Shown one piece after another: positions 13,787 through 26,300 of a stretch of DNA of 64,000 bases. The notes beneath the pieces were generated by a model. The model made no database searches, had not been told where the DNA came from, and saw only the letters and a list, made by a program, of their open reading frames with translations. The stretch's first letter is position 1; each line of letters begins with the position of its first letter. Source of the DNA: Anaeramoeba ignava BMAN (taxonomy: Eukaryota > Protista > Anaeramoebae); contig JAPDFW010000088.1 of NCBI GenBank assembly GCA_028826165.1, forward strand, positions 124,001-188,000, given 5' to 3'. The position numbers and the translations under genes were made by a program.

Positions 13787-15976
13787 ATGGATGGTGATAT
13801 TTGGATTTTAGATGATCTTCCAATAAAAAAATCAAAACCGAAAAAAAATAATCAACCAAAACAAGAGAAAAAGAATAGTTTTTGGGGATTTTTAGATAAA
13901 GTAAAAGAAAAATCAGTTGAATTTATTGATACAATAAATAAAGATATAACAGAATTTGCAACAACAATTTCAGAAGATGCGCATCAAGTTTATTTATCAC
14001 TTTCATCAGAAAACGTAGATTCAACACAAAAGAAAGAAAAAACAATTTCCAAACCGAAAAAAGTTGAAAATAAAAAACCAATTCATTCAGTTATGTAAAT
14101 TAAATTTTAAATTTTGAAATAAATTTTGAAATAAATTTTGAAATAAATTTTGAATTAAATTTTGAATTAAAATTTTAATTAAATTTTGAATTAACCTTTG
14201 AAATTAAATTTTAAATTAAATTTTGAATTAAATTTTGAATTAAATTTTGAATTTAAATTTTGAATTAAATTTTGAAATTAAATTTGAAATAAATTTTGAA
14301 ATTAAATTTTGAATTTAAATTTTAAATTAAATTTTGGAATTAAATTTTGAATTAAATTTTGAATTAACTTTGAATTAAATTTTGAATTAAATTTTGAAAT
14401 TAAATTTTGAAATAAATTTTAAATTAATTTTGAATTAAATTTGAATTAAAATTTTGAAATAAACTTTGAAATAAGTTTGAAATAAGTTTGAAATAAAATT
14501 TGAATTAAATTTTGAATTAAATTTTGAATTAAATTTTGAATTAAATTTTGAATTAAATTTTAAAATAAATTTTGAATTAAATTTTGAAATAAATTTGGAA
14601 TTAAATTTTGAATTAAATTTTGAATTAAATTTTGAATTAAATTTTGAATTAAATTTTGAATTAAATTTTGAATTAAATTTTGAATTAAATTTTGAATTAA
14701 ATTTTGAAATAAATTTTGAATTAACTTTTGAATTAAATTTTGAATTAAATTTTGAATTAAATTTTGAATTAAATTTTGAATTAAATTTTGAATTAAATTT
14801 TGAATTAACTTTTGAATTAACTTTTGAATTTAACTTTGAATTAAATTTTGAATTTAATTTTGAATTAAATTTTGAATTAATTTTGAATTAAATTTTGAAA
14901 TTAATTTTAAATTAAATTTTGAAATAAATTTTGAATTAAATTTTGAATTAAATTTTTGAATTAAATTTGAATTAAATTTTGAATTTTGAAATAAGTTTGA
15001 AATTAAATTTTGAAATAAATTTTGAATTAAATTTTGAATTAACTTTTGAAATTGAATTTGAAATTGAATTTGAAATAAATTTTGAATTAAATTGTTCTTT
15101 TTAGACCAAAAAATCGTTTAATGAGACAAATTGATAAAATTCAAAATAATGAAAAAACTTTTCTTATTGCTCCAAAAGAAACTGAATATCAAGAATTTAA
15201 AACAAATTTTGATATTGACAATTATACACAATTAATTTCTTCAATTATTTTAAATAATGAATTTGTTAAAGAATTTCAAAGAGAACAAGGTAAAAAATAT
15301 TCTATTTAAAATTATTTTTTTTTAAAATTTTTTATCCGATTTTTTAATTTTAATTTTTATCTTTTTTAATAATTAGTTCCTGTTAATATTCCTTTTATTG
15401 AATTTTGGTGTAGATATTTTTTTCAAGAAAAGATTATTAGAGATAAAGAGAAAAAAAGACAAGAAATTTTAGATAGAATGAAACAAGAAGATAAAGATAA
15501 TGAACTTAGTTGGAATGATGAAGATGAAAATCAAAATCAAAATCAAAATCAAGATGAAAATCAAAATCAAAATCAAGATGAAAATCAAATTGAAAATCAA
15601 AATCAAAATCAAAATCAAAATGAAAATCAAAATCAAAATCAAAATCAAAATCAAATTCAAATTGAAAATCAAAATCAAAATGAAAATCAAAATGAAAATC
15701 AAAATGAAAATCAAAATCAAAATCAAAATGAAAATGAAAATGAAAATCAAAATCAAATTGAAAATGAAAATCAAAATCAAAATCAAAATGAAAATCAAAA
15801 TCAAAATGAAAATGAAATTGAAAATCAAATTGAAAATGAAAATGAAAATCAAAATCAAAATCAAAAATGAAAATCAAAATCAAAATCAAATTGAAAATGA
15901 AAATGAAAATGAAAATGAAAATCAAAATCAAATTGAAACAGTAGAAATTGATGAAAGTATGGCTGATTGGGATTAA
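13787..15976 (+). CDS. BSD-domain protein (BSDC1/DOS2-like); exons 13787-14094, 15105-15289, 15377-15976; apparent frameshift in the NQ tract at about 15865
   Basis: The spliced product contains the BSD signature VPVNIPFIEFWCRYFF and ends in acidic ..ESMADWD. Both introns are GT-AG and frame-consistent. Confidence 0.85.
14100..15090. repeat. 12-mer TTTTGAATTAAA intronic array
   Basis: Fills BSD intron 1; ORF 14595-14891 (ELNF)n is its shadow. Confidence 0.9.
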
Positions 15977-16257
15977 AATAAAAAATAAAACAAAATTAAA
16001 TAAAAAAAAGAAAAAGAAAATTTGATTTAAATTTAAATTTAAATTGAATGAATTTTATTTCTAAATCGATCAAAAATTTTTATTTTTTTAGAATTATTTT
16101 GTTATTCTTCTGTTGTTTTTTTGTAAACTTTTTCTTTTTTTGGAAAGAAATGAAAGAAAAATTTTTGTTGAAAATGAATTATTAAAAAAAAAAAGTGAAA
16201 GGAAAAAGAAAAGAAAAAGAAAAAGGAAAAGATTTTTTTTCTGTCAAAATTATCAAT

Positions 16258-17713
16258 CTAATCGACTTCGGACATATTTGTAGATTGTTTTATTTTTGGT
16301 TTATTCTTTTCTGCATTTTTGGCTCTATTCTTTCTTTCAAGAAGTTTTTGGCGATTTCCGTTTATTTTAAGTTTTGTGATCATAACCTAATTTAATTTAT
16401 AATTTGAATTTATAATTTGAATTAAATTTAATTTATAATTTGAATTTAATTTATAATTTGAATTTAATTTATAATTTAATTTAATTTAATTTATAATTTG
16501 AATTTAATTTATAATTTAATTTATAATTTAATTTATAATTTAATTTATAATTTGAATTTAATTTAATTTATAATTTAATTTATAATTTGAATTTTATTTA
16601 ATTTATAATTTGAATTTATAATTTGAATTTAATTTATAATTTGAATTTAATTTATAATTTGAATTTAATTTATAATTTGAATTTAATTTATAATTTGAAT
16701 TTAATTTAATTTATAATTTAACTTAATTTAATTTAATTTAATTTATAATTTAATTTATAATTTAATTTAATTTGATTTAATTTGATTTATAATTTAATTT
16801 ATAATTTGAATTTAATTTAATTTATAATTTAATTTATAATTTGAATTTAATTTAATTTATAATTTAATTTATAATTTGAATTTAATTTAATTTAATTTAT
16901 AATTTAATTTGAATTTAATTTAATTTAATTTAATTTATAATTTGAATTTAATTTAATTTAATTTAATTTATAATTTTAATTTAATTTAATTTAATTTAAT
17001 TTATAATTTGAATTTAATTTAATTTATAATTTAATTTATAATTTATAATTTAATTTAATTTATAATTTATAATTTAATTTAATTTATAATTTGAATTTAA
17101 TTTATAATTTGAATTTATAATTTGAATTTAATTTATAATTTGAATTTAATTTTTACATTTGAAGGATGAATTGGAATAAAATATTGTTGTCCATTTTTTT
17201 TCTCTTTTTGAATTCTTTCAATATGAACTACATATTTTTTACGAACAACATTAACAACTTTTCCTTCTCTTGATTTAAAATCTCCTCTCATAATTTTAAC
17301 TTCATCTCCATTTCTAATTGGAAGAGAACGAATCTAATTCCAATTTAAAAATAATTTAATAAATAATTTTTAAATTTAATAATTTAATAATAATTTTTAA
17401 ATTAAATAATTTTATAAATAATTTAATAATTTAATAAATAATTTTATAAATAATTTAATAATTTAATTAATAATTTTAAATATTTACATTGTATTGAGCT
17501 CGAAGTTCAGAAGATAAACGAGAACTCATTTTAATTCTACGCTCACTTGGTGGTGCTGTAAAATGTGCTTTTCTTGATTTTCTTCTTGAAGATGAAACAG
17601 CTTTTATTATTATTTATTATTTATTAAAAATTTTAAATTAAATGCTAAATATTAAAAAAAAAATTTTTTTTTTTTTCAAAATTAAATTAAAACTTACTTT
17701 GATGTGTTTTCAT
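16258..17713 (-). CDS. RPL26: 60S ribosomal protein L26 (uL24); exons 17713-17698, 17600-17488, 17333-17157, 16386-16258
   Basis: Spliced sequence [86 protein letters not shown]. Absent from the ORF track. Confidence 0.95.
16390..17150. repeat. TTTAA/TTTATAA/TTTGAA intronic array (RPL26 intron 3)
   Basis: Direct reading. Confidence 0.85.
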
Positions 17714-18254
17714 TTTCTAAAAATTAGAAAATTTAAAATAAAAAATAAATTTTAAATTTGAAATGAATTTTAATTTGAATTTTAATTTGAATTTTAATTT
17801 TAAATTTAGCTTTAATTTATTAAAATTAAACCAAACCTTTTTTTTAATTTTTTTTTCTTTTTTTTGTTTTATGTTTTTTTTTTTTAAAAAGGAAATAAAA
17901 GAAAAATAGAAAAATGAAAAAAAAAAATTAAAAATAAATAAAAAAAATTTTTTTTTCTTTTTTCTTTTTTTGCCCCCATTATTTTATATTTTTTTATATA
18001 TATATATAATATTATATTACATATTTAATTCTATACTTATTTTTTTCTATATTTTTTCCTTCCTTTTCTTTATAACTTTTTCTAAATAATTTTCTTTCAT
18101 CTTAAATACAATAAATTTTCCCAAAAACTTTATACAAAATTAAAATGAAATAAAAACTTTAAAAAAAAATGATTTATTGCAAAGAAAAAGGAAGAAAAAA
18201 AAAGAAAAGATTTTTGAAAGAATAAAAAACAATTTATATCAAAAGCAGGATAAA

Positions 18255-18961
18255 TCAAACAAGAAAATTATATTGCCGAGGTTTTCTAGTGGTAATAGGG
18301 ATATCTTGTAATTGTTTTTTCATGCATAATTTTTCACTCAAAATTGACATTAAAATTAAACCGAAAATATTTATGATCCACCATTCAATCCTTTTGGGAA
18401 ATCCTGAGAATAAAATGCTCAATAAAAAATGTAGAATAAATAAAGTAGCGCTGAAATCTAAGCATTTTTTCGCCTTTTGTACTGAAAAAGTAAGGGAAAA
18501 AGAACTAAAAAAATTTTTTACTATTTTTTTTTTCCGTTTTTTTTTTTGATCAAAATTTACCATATTAAACAAGCAGAAATAAATGAAAAGACACAAATCC
18601 ATCCTGAAAAATGTGTCATGTTCATTTCTGATGCAGAGAAAACCTGTGAAAAAGTAACAGGAATTTTAAAAATCATATCACAAAGTATGATCAATGTTGC
18701 TAATGTTTTTGTTTTTTTTTTTAAATAATAAAATCAAGTGAACAATTTTAAAAAAATCTTCATTTTTCAAAGAGATTAAATTTTAAATAAAATTCAAAAT
18801 CATTATTCTTCTTATTGTAGATATTTTTAATATAAATTAAACAATCAAAATGTTTTTTTTTTATTTTTCTTCAATTTACTGAATGAACTGTAGAAAAAAA
18901 ATTGATTAAAGAAAATTTGACTAAGTATTAAAATTGGATCAAAAACATCAGAATAAAACAT
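18255..18961 (-). CDS. SYS1: Golgi membrane protein SYS1; exons 18961-18880, 18699-18561, 18504-18255
   Basis: MFYSDVFDPILILSQI.., KAKKCLDFSATL..HF, GFP...WW..N and LSEKLCMKKQLQDIP match the Sys1 family. Introns are frame-consistent. Confidence 0.88.
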
Positions 18962-19024
18962 TTTATAACAAAAAAAAAGGAAAAAAATGAAACGGAAAAA
19001 ATATAAATTCATTTTTTTATTTTA

Positions 19025-20390
19025 AATTTTAAATTAATTTTATATCAATTTTATATCAATTTTATATCAATTTTATATCAATTTTAAATTAATTTTAAAT
19101 CAATTTTAAATCAATTTTATATCAATTTTATATCAATTTTAAATCAATTTTAAATCAATTTTAAATCAATTTTAAATCAATTTTAAATCAATTTTAAATC
19201 AATTTTAAATCAATTTTAAATCAATTTTAAATCAATTTTAAATTAATTTTATATCAATTTTAAATCAAATTTATATTAATTTTAAATCAATTTTATATTA
19301 ATTTTAAATCAATTTTAAATCAATTTTAAATCAATTTTAAATCAATTTTAAATCAATTTTAAATCAATTTTAAATCAATTTTAAATCAATTTTAAATTCG
19401 AATTTTAATCAATTTTAAATCAATTTTATAATCAATTTTAAATCAATTTTAAATCAATTTTAAATCAATTTTATATCAATTTTAAATCAATTTTTATATC
19501 AATTTTAAATCAATTTTAAATCAATTTTAAATCAATTTTAAATCAATTTTAAATCAATTTTAAATCAATTTTATATCAATTTTATATCAATTTTAAATCA
19601 ATTTTTAAATCAATTTTAAATCAATTTTAAATCAATTTTATATTAATTTTAAATCAATTTTTATATCAATTTTAAATCAATTTTAAATCAATTTTAAATC
19701 AATTTTATATCAATTTTATATTAATTTTTTAAATCAATTTTATATCAATTTTATATTAATTTTAAATCAATTTTATATCAATTTTATATCAATTTTAAAT
19801 CAATTTTATATTAATTTTATATCAAATTTATATTAATTTTAAATCAATTTTTAAATTAATCAATTTTAAATCAATTTTATATTAATTTTTATATCAATTT
19901 TATATTAATTTTAAATCAATTTTATATTAATTTTAAATCAATTTTATATTAATTTTATATCAATTTTAAATCAATTTTATATCAATTTTAAATCAATTTT
20001 ATATCAATTTTAAATCAATTTTAAATCAATTTTAAATCAATTTTAAATCAATTTTTATATCAATTTTAAATCAAATTTTAAATCAATTTTAAATCAATTT
20101 TAAATCAATTTTTATATCAATTTTAAATCAATTTTAAATCAATTTTATATCAATTTTAAATCAATTTTAAATTAATTTTATATCAATTTTATATCAATTT
20201 TATATCAATTTTATATCAATTTTATATCAATTTTATATCAATTTTAAATCAATTTTTAATCAATTTTAAATCAATTTTAAATCAATTTTAAATCAATTTT
20301 ATATCAATTTTAAATCAATTTTAAATCAATTTTAAATCAATTTTATATCAATTTTAAATCAATTTTAAATTAATTTTTATATTAATTTTA
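19025..20390. repeat. Intergenic 11-mer satellite AAATCAATTTT (reverse complement of the 8330-10245 array)
   Basis: Same unit and same variants in the opposite orientation. Confidence 0.92.
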
Positions 20391-20844
20391 ATTTTAATCA
20401 ATAATAATCCAAAACAAAAAGAATAAGATCTAAATAATAATTTACCAGGAAAAAAAAAAGTTTATTTAGCCTTAAATTATAAATGAAATTAAAATTTAAA
20501 TTCTCAATAAGATCTTAATAAGAAATCCTATTTAAAATCCAATTCAAAAAATTCACTTAAAAAAATTTTTTTCCTAATCAAAAATTAAGTGATTTAATTT
20601 CAAAAAAAAAGAACTCAAAAGTTCGAAAATTCACACTAAAATAAAAATAGATCAGATTTTATTTATTGATTAAGTAAGTATACGTTCCCTTATTTTTTAA
20701 ATTAAGGAAACGCTTAAATTTTTTTTTTTTAAATTTTTATTATTGTGGGCAAATAAGTGTATAAATAAATAAATGATATTTTTTCACAATTTTTTTTCAT
20801 TTTTCTTTTTTAAATTTAAATTTAAATTTAAAATTTTTTTTCAA

Positions 20845-22609
20845 ATGCAAGATTTGAAAAGCCAATCACTTGGACCTTACGAAAAAGAAGTAGAAGAAAA
20901 GGTGAAGAAAAGGGGTAACAATTCAAATCAAAAAAGAAATGAAAAAAAGAAAGAAGAAAACGAAGTTATTGATGAACAAATTCTTTCGGCAAATTCTCCA
21001 AAAGAAAACGATCCAAAACCAGGTAAAAAATAATTTATTTTGTTTTCTTTTCTAAAACAACTCATTTTCTTTTTTTTCTTTTTTCTTCTGTTTTTTTTCC
21101 CGTTTTTTTTCTTTTTTTCCTTTTTTAGATGTACAATCCAAAAATCTTTTAAAAAAAAAAGAAGAACAACAAATTTTTTTTTTGATTAAATCAAATTAAA
21201 ATTTTTTCTTTCCTTTTTTTCCCCATTAGATTAATCAACAAGAGAAACAGAAGAAACAGAAGAAAAGAACGAAAAGAAAGAAACAAAAGAAGCAAAAGAA
21301 AAAAAAAAAAAAAAAACAAAAGAAACAAAAGAAACAAAAGAAACAAAAGAAACAAAACAAAAGAACAAAACCGATCAAACACAAGAAAAGAAGGATCAAC
21401 AAAAAACTATCAAACAAAAGAAACAAAAATCTATCAAAGAAAACAAACAAAACAACTCAAGAAAAGAAAAGCGAAAACGAATCAACAAAACCAAAAAAGC
21501 AAAATCAAAAGAAGAGAAGAAAAAAAAAATTTACAAAAACTGAAAGAATGTTGAGAATAGGAATTAAAGAAAAAAAAATTCAAATTAAAAACCAAGGAAT
21601 TGAAAGAAAAGTCGAGGATATTTTTATCAAAACTGTTTTAAATGGAGAAATATTTTGTGAAGTCAAATTTCAAATTGGTGATGTTATAACAATTGAAAAA
21701 AATTTCACAAAATTTTGGAAAGAGAAAAAACCAAATGACAAAAAGCTTCCTGATTCAGTTTTTCATGCGTTCTCCAAGTACTTTAAAAAAAAGCAAGCAA
21801 CCAAATTTTATCCACAAAATCATTTCCAAGAATATCAAATTGAAAATCAAATTGAAAATGAAAATCAAAATCAAAATCAAATTGAAAATCAAAATCAAAA
21901 TCAAATTGAGAATGAAAATGAAATTCAAATTGAAAATGAAAATCAAAATCAAAATCAAAATGAGAATGCAAATCAAATTCAAATTGAAAATCAAATTGAA
22001 AATGCAAATCAAAATCAAAATGAAAATCAAAATCAAAATGAAAATGAATATGAAAATCAAATTGGAAATGAAATTGAAAATGCAAATCAAAATCAATATG
22101 AAGATGAAGATGAAGATGAATATGAAGATGAAGATGAAGATGAATATGAAATTGGATATGGATATGTAAATCAATATGAAGATGAAGATGAAGATGAAGA
22201 TGAAGATGAATATGAATATGAATATGGAAATCAAAATCAAATTGGATATAGATATGTAAATCAATATGAAGATGAAGATGAATATGAATATCAATATGAA
22301 TATCAATATGAATATGGAAATCAATATCAAAATCAAATTGAAAATGAATATGAAAATCAAATTGGAAATGAAATTGAAAATGGAAATCAAAATCAAATTG
22401 GATATGGATATGTAAATCAATATGAAGATGAAGATGAAGATGAAAATCAAATTGAGAATGCAAATCAAAATGGAAATCAATATGGATATGGATATGGAAG
22501 AACACTAATTAATCCTTATTTTTTTCGAGGTATTATCGAAAATCCTGAAAATATAGGTGGTTTATTTCAGGATCATTCTTTAAATGAAAATTCTAGAGTT
22601 ATTTCATAA
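20845..22609 (+). CDS. Hypothetical low-complexity protein (K/E-rich, small globular segment, NQ/EDY repeats), 3' end truncated by a MITE; exon 1 20845-21022, acceptor near 21229-21244
   Basis: ATG at 20845, GT at 21023. An AG at 21241-21242 gives an in-frame join to ORF 21548-22609. The stop lies inside the MITE TIR. Confidence 0.6.
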
Positions 22610-22875
22610 AACCGACCCGAGACAATAAATCCGACCCAGACTTCAAATTAAAAGAAAAAAAATTCACCTCAAAAACAAAAGTAAGGAAAAAAGTTCACCA
22701 ACATGCATAATATCTTGAGCAAAAAGAATATATCTGCCTCTTTGTGGATATTCCTTTTTCTCTTCTTCTCTTTCTTTGGATGAATTTTTTCCTTTTAGCT
22801 CCCTTTTGAAAAATGTCAAAATCAATGGGATGGGTCGGATTTATTGTCTCGGGTCGGTTTTATGAAATAACTCTA
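22594..22875. mobile_element. Non-autonomous DNA transposon (MITE): 43-bp perfect TIRs flanked by a TA target-site duplication
   Basis: 22594-22638 TAGAGTTATTTCATAAAACCGACCCGAGACAATAAATCCGACCCA is the exact reverse complement of 22831-22875. Excision restores the host reading frame. Confidence 0.9.
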
Positions 22876-23324
22876 ATCAAAATTTTAATCAAAATTCTAA
22901 TGAAAATTTTAATCAAAATGGAAATCAAAATTTCAATGAAGATTCACAAAAAAACATTCTTGAAAGAAATAATCCAACTCTCCAAAACTCAAATTCTCCC
23001 ATTTCTTCACCAATTTTAAATGACACTTTCAAAGCTCCATTTGATTTCCTTTATAATTTCCAATAATTCATTAGGATTTGGAATTGATTTGATTTGATTT
23101 TAATTTGATTTGGAATTGGTTTTATTTTTGGTTTTATTTTTCTTTTTTTTTGGGATTATTTTGGTTTTATTAAGTTAATAAAAAAAAAATTAAAAAAAGA
23201 ATTTATGATGATGACGAAGAATGACAATTTATTTGTTTTAATAAAAAAATTTTTTTGCTTTTTTGCTTTTTCATTTTTTTTTTAATTTTTTATTTTCCAT
23301 TCTTCAATTCTTATCTTTAAAAAT

Positions 23325-26300
23325 ATGGAAAAAAAACGTAAAATTCCAAAAGATAGAATAAGATTAATTTTCTTTACATCTTATCATTCAAATTTTGAAA
23401 AAAAAAATGAAGAAACCCAATCAAATCAACAAAATGAGTTTATTTTTGATAAAGAAATTAAACAAAAAGAGGAAGAAGAAACATTTCAAATCAAACAACA
23501 AAAATTTAATCTTCAAACAGTCAATTTAAAAGAAGATTTAAAAGAAGATTTAAAAGAAGATTTAAAAGAAGATTTAAAAGAAGATTTAAAAGAAGATTTA
23601 AAAGAAGATTTAAAAGAAGATTTAAAAGAAGATTTAAAAAAAGATTTAAAAGAAGATTTAAAAGAAGATAAACAAATTAATAAACAAGAAGATAAACAAA
23701 TTAATAAACAAATTAATAAACAAATTGATAAACAAATTGATAAACAAATTGATAAACAAATTGATAAACAAGAAGATAAACAAATTGATAAGCAAATTAA
23801 TAAAAAAGAAGATAAACAAATTGATAAAAAAGAAGATAAACAAGAAGATAAACAAATTGATAAACAAGAAGATAAACAAATTAATAAACAAATTAATAAA
23901 CAAATTAATAAACAAATTAATAAACAAATTAATAAACAAATTAATAAACAAGAAGATAAACAAATTAATAAACAAGAAGATAAACAAATTGATAAACAAA
24001 TTAATAAACAAATTGATAAACAAGAAGATAAACAAATTAATAAACAAATTAATAAACAAGAAGATAAACAAATTAATAAACAAATTAATAAACAAGATAA
24101 ACAAATTAATAAAAAAATTGATAAACAAATTGATAAACAAATTGATAAACAAATTGATAAACAAACAGATAAACAAATTGATAAACAAATTAATAAACAA
24201 ATTGATAAACAAGAAGATAAACAAATTGATAAGCAAATTAATAAAAAAGAAGATAAACAAATTGATAAAAAAGAAGATAAACAAGAAGATAAACAAATTG
24301 ATAAACAAGAAGATAAACAAATTAATAAACAAATTAATAAACAAATTAATAAACAAATTAATAAACAAATTAATAAACAAGAAGATAAACAAATTAATAA
24401 ACAAGAAGATAAACAAATTGATAAACAAATTAATAAACAAATTGATAAACAAGAAGATAAACAAATTAATAAACAAATTAATAAACAAGAAGATAAACAA
24501 ATTAATAAACAAATTAATAAACAAGATAAACAAATTAATAAAAAAATTGATAAACAAATTGATAAACAAATTGATAAACAAATTGATAAACAAACAGATA
24601 AACAAATTGATAAACAAATTAATAAACAAATTGATAAACAAGAAGATAAACAAATTGATAAACAAATTGATAAAAAAGAAGATAAACAAATTAATAAACA
24701 AGAAGATAAACAAATTAATAAACAAATTGATAAACAAATTAATAAAAAAGAAGATAAACAAGAAGATAAACAAGAAGATAAACAAGAAGATAAACAAATT
24801 AATAAACAAATTGATAAACAAATTGATAAAAAAGAAGATAAACAAATTAATAAACAAGAAGATAAACAAATTGATAAACAAATTGATAAACAAATTGATA
24901 AACAAATTGATAAACAAATTGATAAACAAATTGATAAACAAATTGATAAACAAATTGATAAACAAATTGATAAACAAATTAATAAAAAAGAAGATAAACA
25001 AATTAATAAACAAGAAGATAAACAAATTAATAAAAAAGAAGATAAACAAATTGATAAACAAATTGATAAACAAATTAATAAACAAGAAGATAAACAAATT
25101 GATAAACAAATTGATAAACAAATTAATAAACAAATTAATAAACAAGAAGATAAACAAATTGATAAACAAATTAATAAAAAAGAAGATAAACAAATTGATA
25201 AACAAGAAGATAAACAAATTGATAAACAAATTAATAAACAAGTTGATAAACAAATTGATAAACAAATTGATAAACAAGAAGATAAACAAATTAATAAACA
25301 AGAAGATAAACAAATTGATAAACAAATTGATAAACAAGAAGATAAACAAATTAATAAAAAAGAAGATAAACAAATTGATAAACAAATTGATAAACAAATT
25401 AATAAAAAAGAAGATAAACAAATTGATAAACAAATTGATAAACAAATTGATAAACAAATTGATAAACAAATTGATAAACAAATTGATAAACAAATTGATA
25501 AACAAATTGATAAACAAATTGATAAACAAGAAGATAAACAAATTAATAAACAAATTGATAAACAAATTGATAAACAAATTGATAAACAAGAAGATAAACA
25601 AATTAAACAAATTAAACAAATTGATAAACAAGAAGATAAACAAATTAATAAAAAAGAAGATAAACAAATTGATAAACAAATTGATAAACAAATTGATAAA
25701 CAAATTAATAAAAAAGAAGATAAACAAATTGATAAACAAATTGATAAACAAATTAATAAACAAAATGATTTAAAAAACAATTCAAAAAATGATTTAAAAA
25801 ATGATTTAAAAAATGATTCAAAAAATGATTCAAAAAATGATTCAAAAAATGATTTAAAAAATGATTCAAAAATGATTCAAAAATTGATTCAAAAATTGAT
25901 TCAAAAAATGATTCAAAAATTGATTTAAAAAATGATTCAAAAAATGATTCAAAAATTGATTCAAAAAATGATTCAAAAAATGATTTAAAAAATGATTCAA
26001 AAAATGATTCAAAAAATGATACAAAAAATGATTCAAAAATTGATTTAAAAAATGATTTAAAAAATGATTCAAAAAATGATTTAAAAATTGATTCAAAAAA
26101 TGATTCAAAAAATGATTTAAAAAATGATTTAAAAATTGATTTAAAAAATAATTCAAAAAATGATTCAAAAATTGATTCAAAAAATGATTCAAAAAATGAT
26201 TTAAAAATTGATTTAAAAAATGATTCAAAAAATGATTCAAAAAATGATTCAAAAAATGATTCAAAAAATGATTCAAAAAATGATTCAAAAAATAATTCAA

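Noticed and set aside
20683-20712. Small hairpin CGTTCCCTTA..TAAGGAAACG upstream of the 20845 gene
   Set aside because: A 10-bp stem with a mismatch is too short to support a call.
21129-21130. Possible 2-nt microexon (TTTTAG|AT|GTAC) that would fix the frame of the 20845 gene
   Set aside because: Not needed: an acceptor at 21241-21242 gives an in-frame join with a single intron. It cannot be decided without RNA-seq.
22596-22873. MITE acting as a spliced-out introner
   Set aside because: There is a GT at 22598 but no AG near the right end. The internal GT(22681)..AG(22798) would not remove the stop in the left TIR.
23205-23230. ATGATGATGACGA as box C of a second snoRNA
   Set aside because: No downstream CTGA box D or terminal stem; more likely part of the TPR gene promoter.
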